DNA of 64,000 nucleotides from the NCBI GenBank assembly GCA_028716665.1, contig JAQUPP010000001.1:128467-192466 (forward strand), written 5' to 3'. Positions 63,554 to 64,000 of the stretch are shown here, piece after piece (position 1 is the stretch's first letter; every line of letters starts with the position of its first letter). Position numbers and translations under genes: made by a program. The stretch comes from Patescibacteria group bacterium (GTDB taxonomy: Bacteria; Patescibacteriota; Patescibacteriia; UBA2591; JAQUPP01). The notes under the pieces are model-generated. The model saw only the letters and a list, made by a program, of their open reading frames with translations. It did no database searches and was not told the origin of the DNA.

Positions 63554-64000
63554 ATGTCTACCGAAACAGGTGGTTATGTGCCACCAAAAGAAAATATAGA
63601 AGATACTACTGAAGTAACAGGCCAAGAAGCTGCAGAAAAAATAAAGGAAGTTGTTGAAAAAACCGAAAAAGACAAGGAGATTGAAGAATTGATTGCTAAT
63701 GCCCAAAACATTGAAGATTTAATTAATAATGTTTTACCTAAAATCGACGCAATGGAGGGTCTTGAACCGACCCCAGCCGACGAACTTAAGATAATTATTG
63801 ATGATATAAGGAAAACAGGCGATTTTACTTCTATGCCAAGCGATCATGGTCTACGTGAAAAAGTTTTTAAATTATTATCACCAGAACTTCCTGAAAAAGG
63901 GGGAGGAAAATCTTTTCTTGATAGAGAATTACTTTATAAAATAAAATTGAATCAAAGCGAACTTCCAGAGGGCGAAAAGGGAGATCTCACTAAAACATTG
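63554..64000 (+). CDS. 3'-truncated hypothetical acidic protein (runs off the window end)
   Basis: The frame is open from the ATG at 63554 to the end of the window. Confidence 0.35.
   Translation, partial: MSTETGGYVPPKENIEDTTEVTGQEAAEKIKEVVEKTEKDKEIEELIANAQNIEDLINNVLPKIDAMEGLEPTPADELKIIIDDIRKTGDFTSMPSDHGLREKVFKLLSPELPEKGGGKSFLDRELLYKIKLNQSELPEGEKGDLTKTL

Overview
This is a 64-kb window of a low-GC, gene-dense bacterial chromosome with short intergenic regions, many small membrane proteins, giant Cys-rich surface proteins, TrmB-type regulators and an Mrp/HypA pair. This gene content resembles uncultivated CPR/Patescibacteria-like bacteria, but that is an inference from content only. I recognise a housekeeping backbone: purA, three tRNAs (Arg-TCG, Ala-CGC, Arg-CCT), pilT, efp, the rpsF-ssb-rpsR operon, ppdK, deoC, comM, an speH-speE fusion plus a second speE, leuS, rsmA/ksgA and radA. 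The accessory content is more interesting. (1) A type-IV-secretion-like locus at about 48.6-62.0 kb holds a VirB6/TrbL-like polytopic protein with a poly-proline tail, a VirB3-like small membrane protein, a VirB4-like ATPase split into two ORFs, a VirB8-like bitopic protein, and two paralogous proteins in which a VirB2/TrbC-like pilin hairpin is fused to large Cys-rich ectodomains. It is interspersed with three copies (one intact, two internally deleted) of a cassette encoding a four-helix-bundle (23S-IVS/Avd-family) protein. (2) Nearly identical heptanucleotide tracts (AAATTCM)n sit just after the start codon of one pilin-like gene and inside radA. Both are in-frame as assembled but would frameshift on slippage, so they are candidate contingency loci. 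(3) A three-gene cassette (two small paralogs plus a P-loop kinase carrying the same domain and a K/E-rich tail) has one member frameshifted at a T6 run. (4) Two exact 24-bp palindromes bracket a radical-SAM SplB-like repair gene. (5) A recent ~330-bp tandem duplication with a chimeric second gene affects glycosyltransferase genes. (6) A 2,740-aa Cys-rich surface protein with CBM-like domains lies beside a protein with a T9SS-type C-terminal sorting-domain-like tail. (7) Two TrmB-family regulators share an upstream palindromic motif. Several promoters share a TTGACA-N12-TTGTGCTATAnT architecture. A recurrent intergenic AAGCTAATAAG/CTAAGTAAATAAG word family and long AT-rich imperfect palindromes are also present. 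I found no CRISPR array, rRNA or recognisable transposase. All calls rest on reading motifs by eye, and no database search was run.
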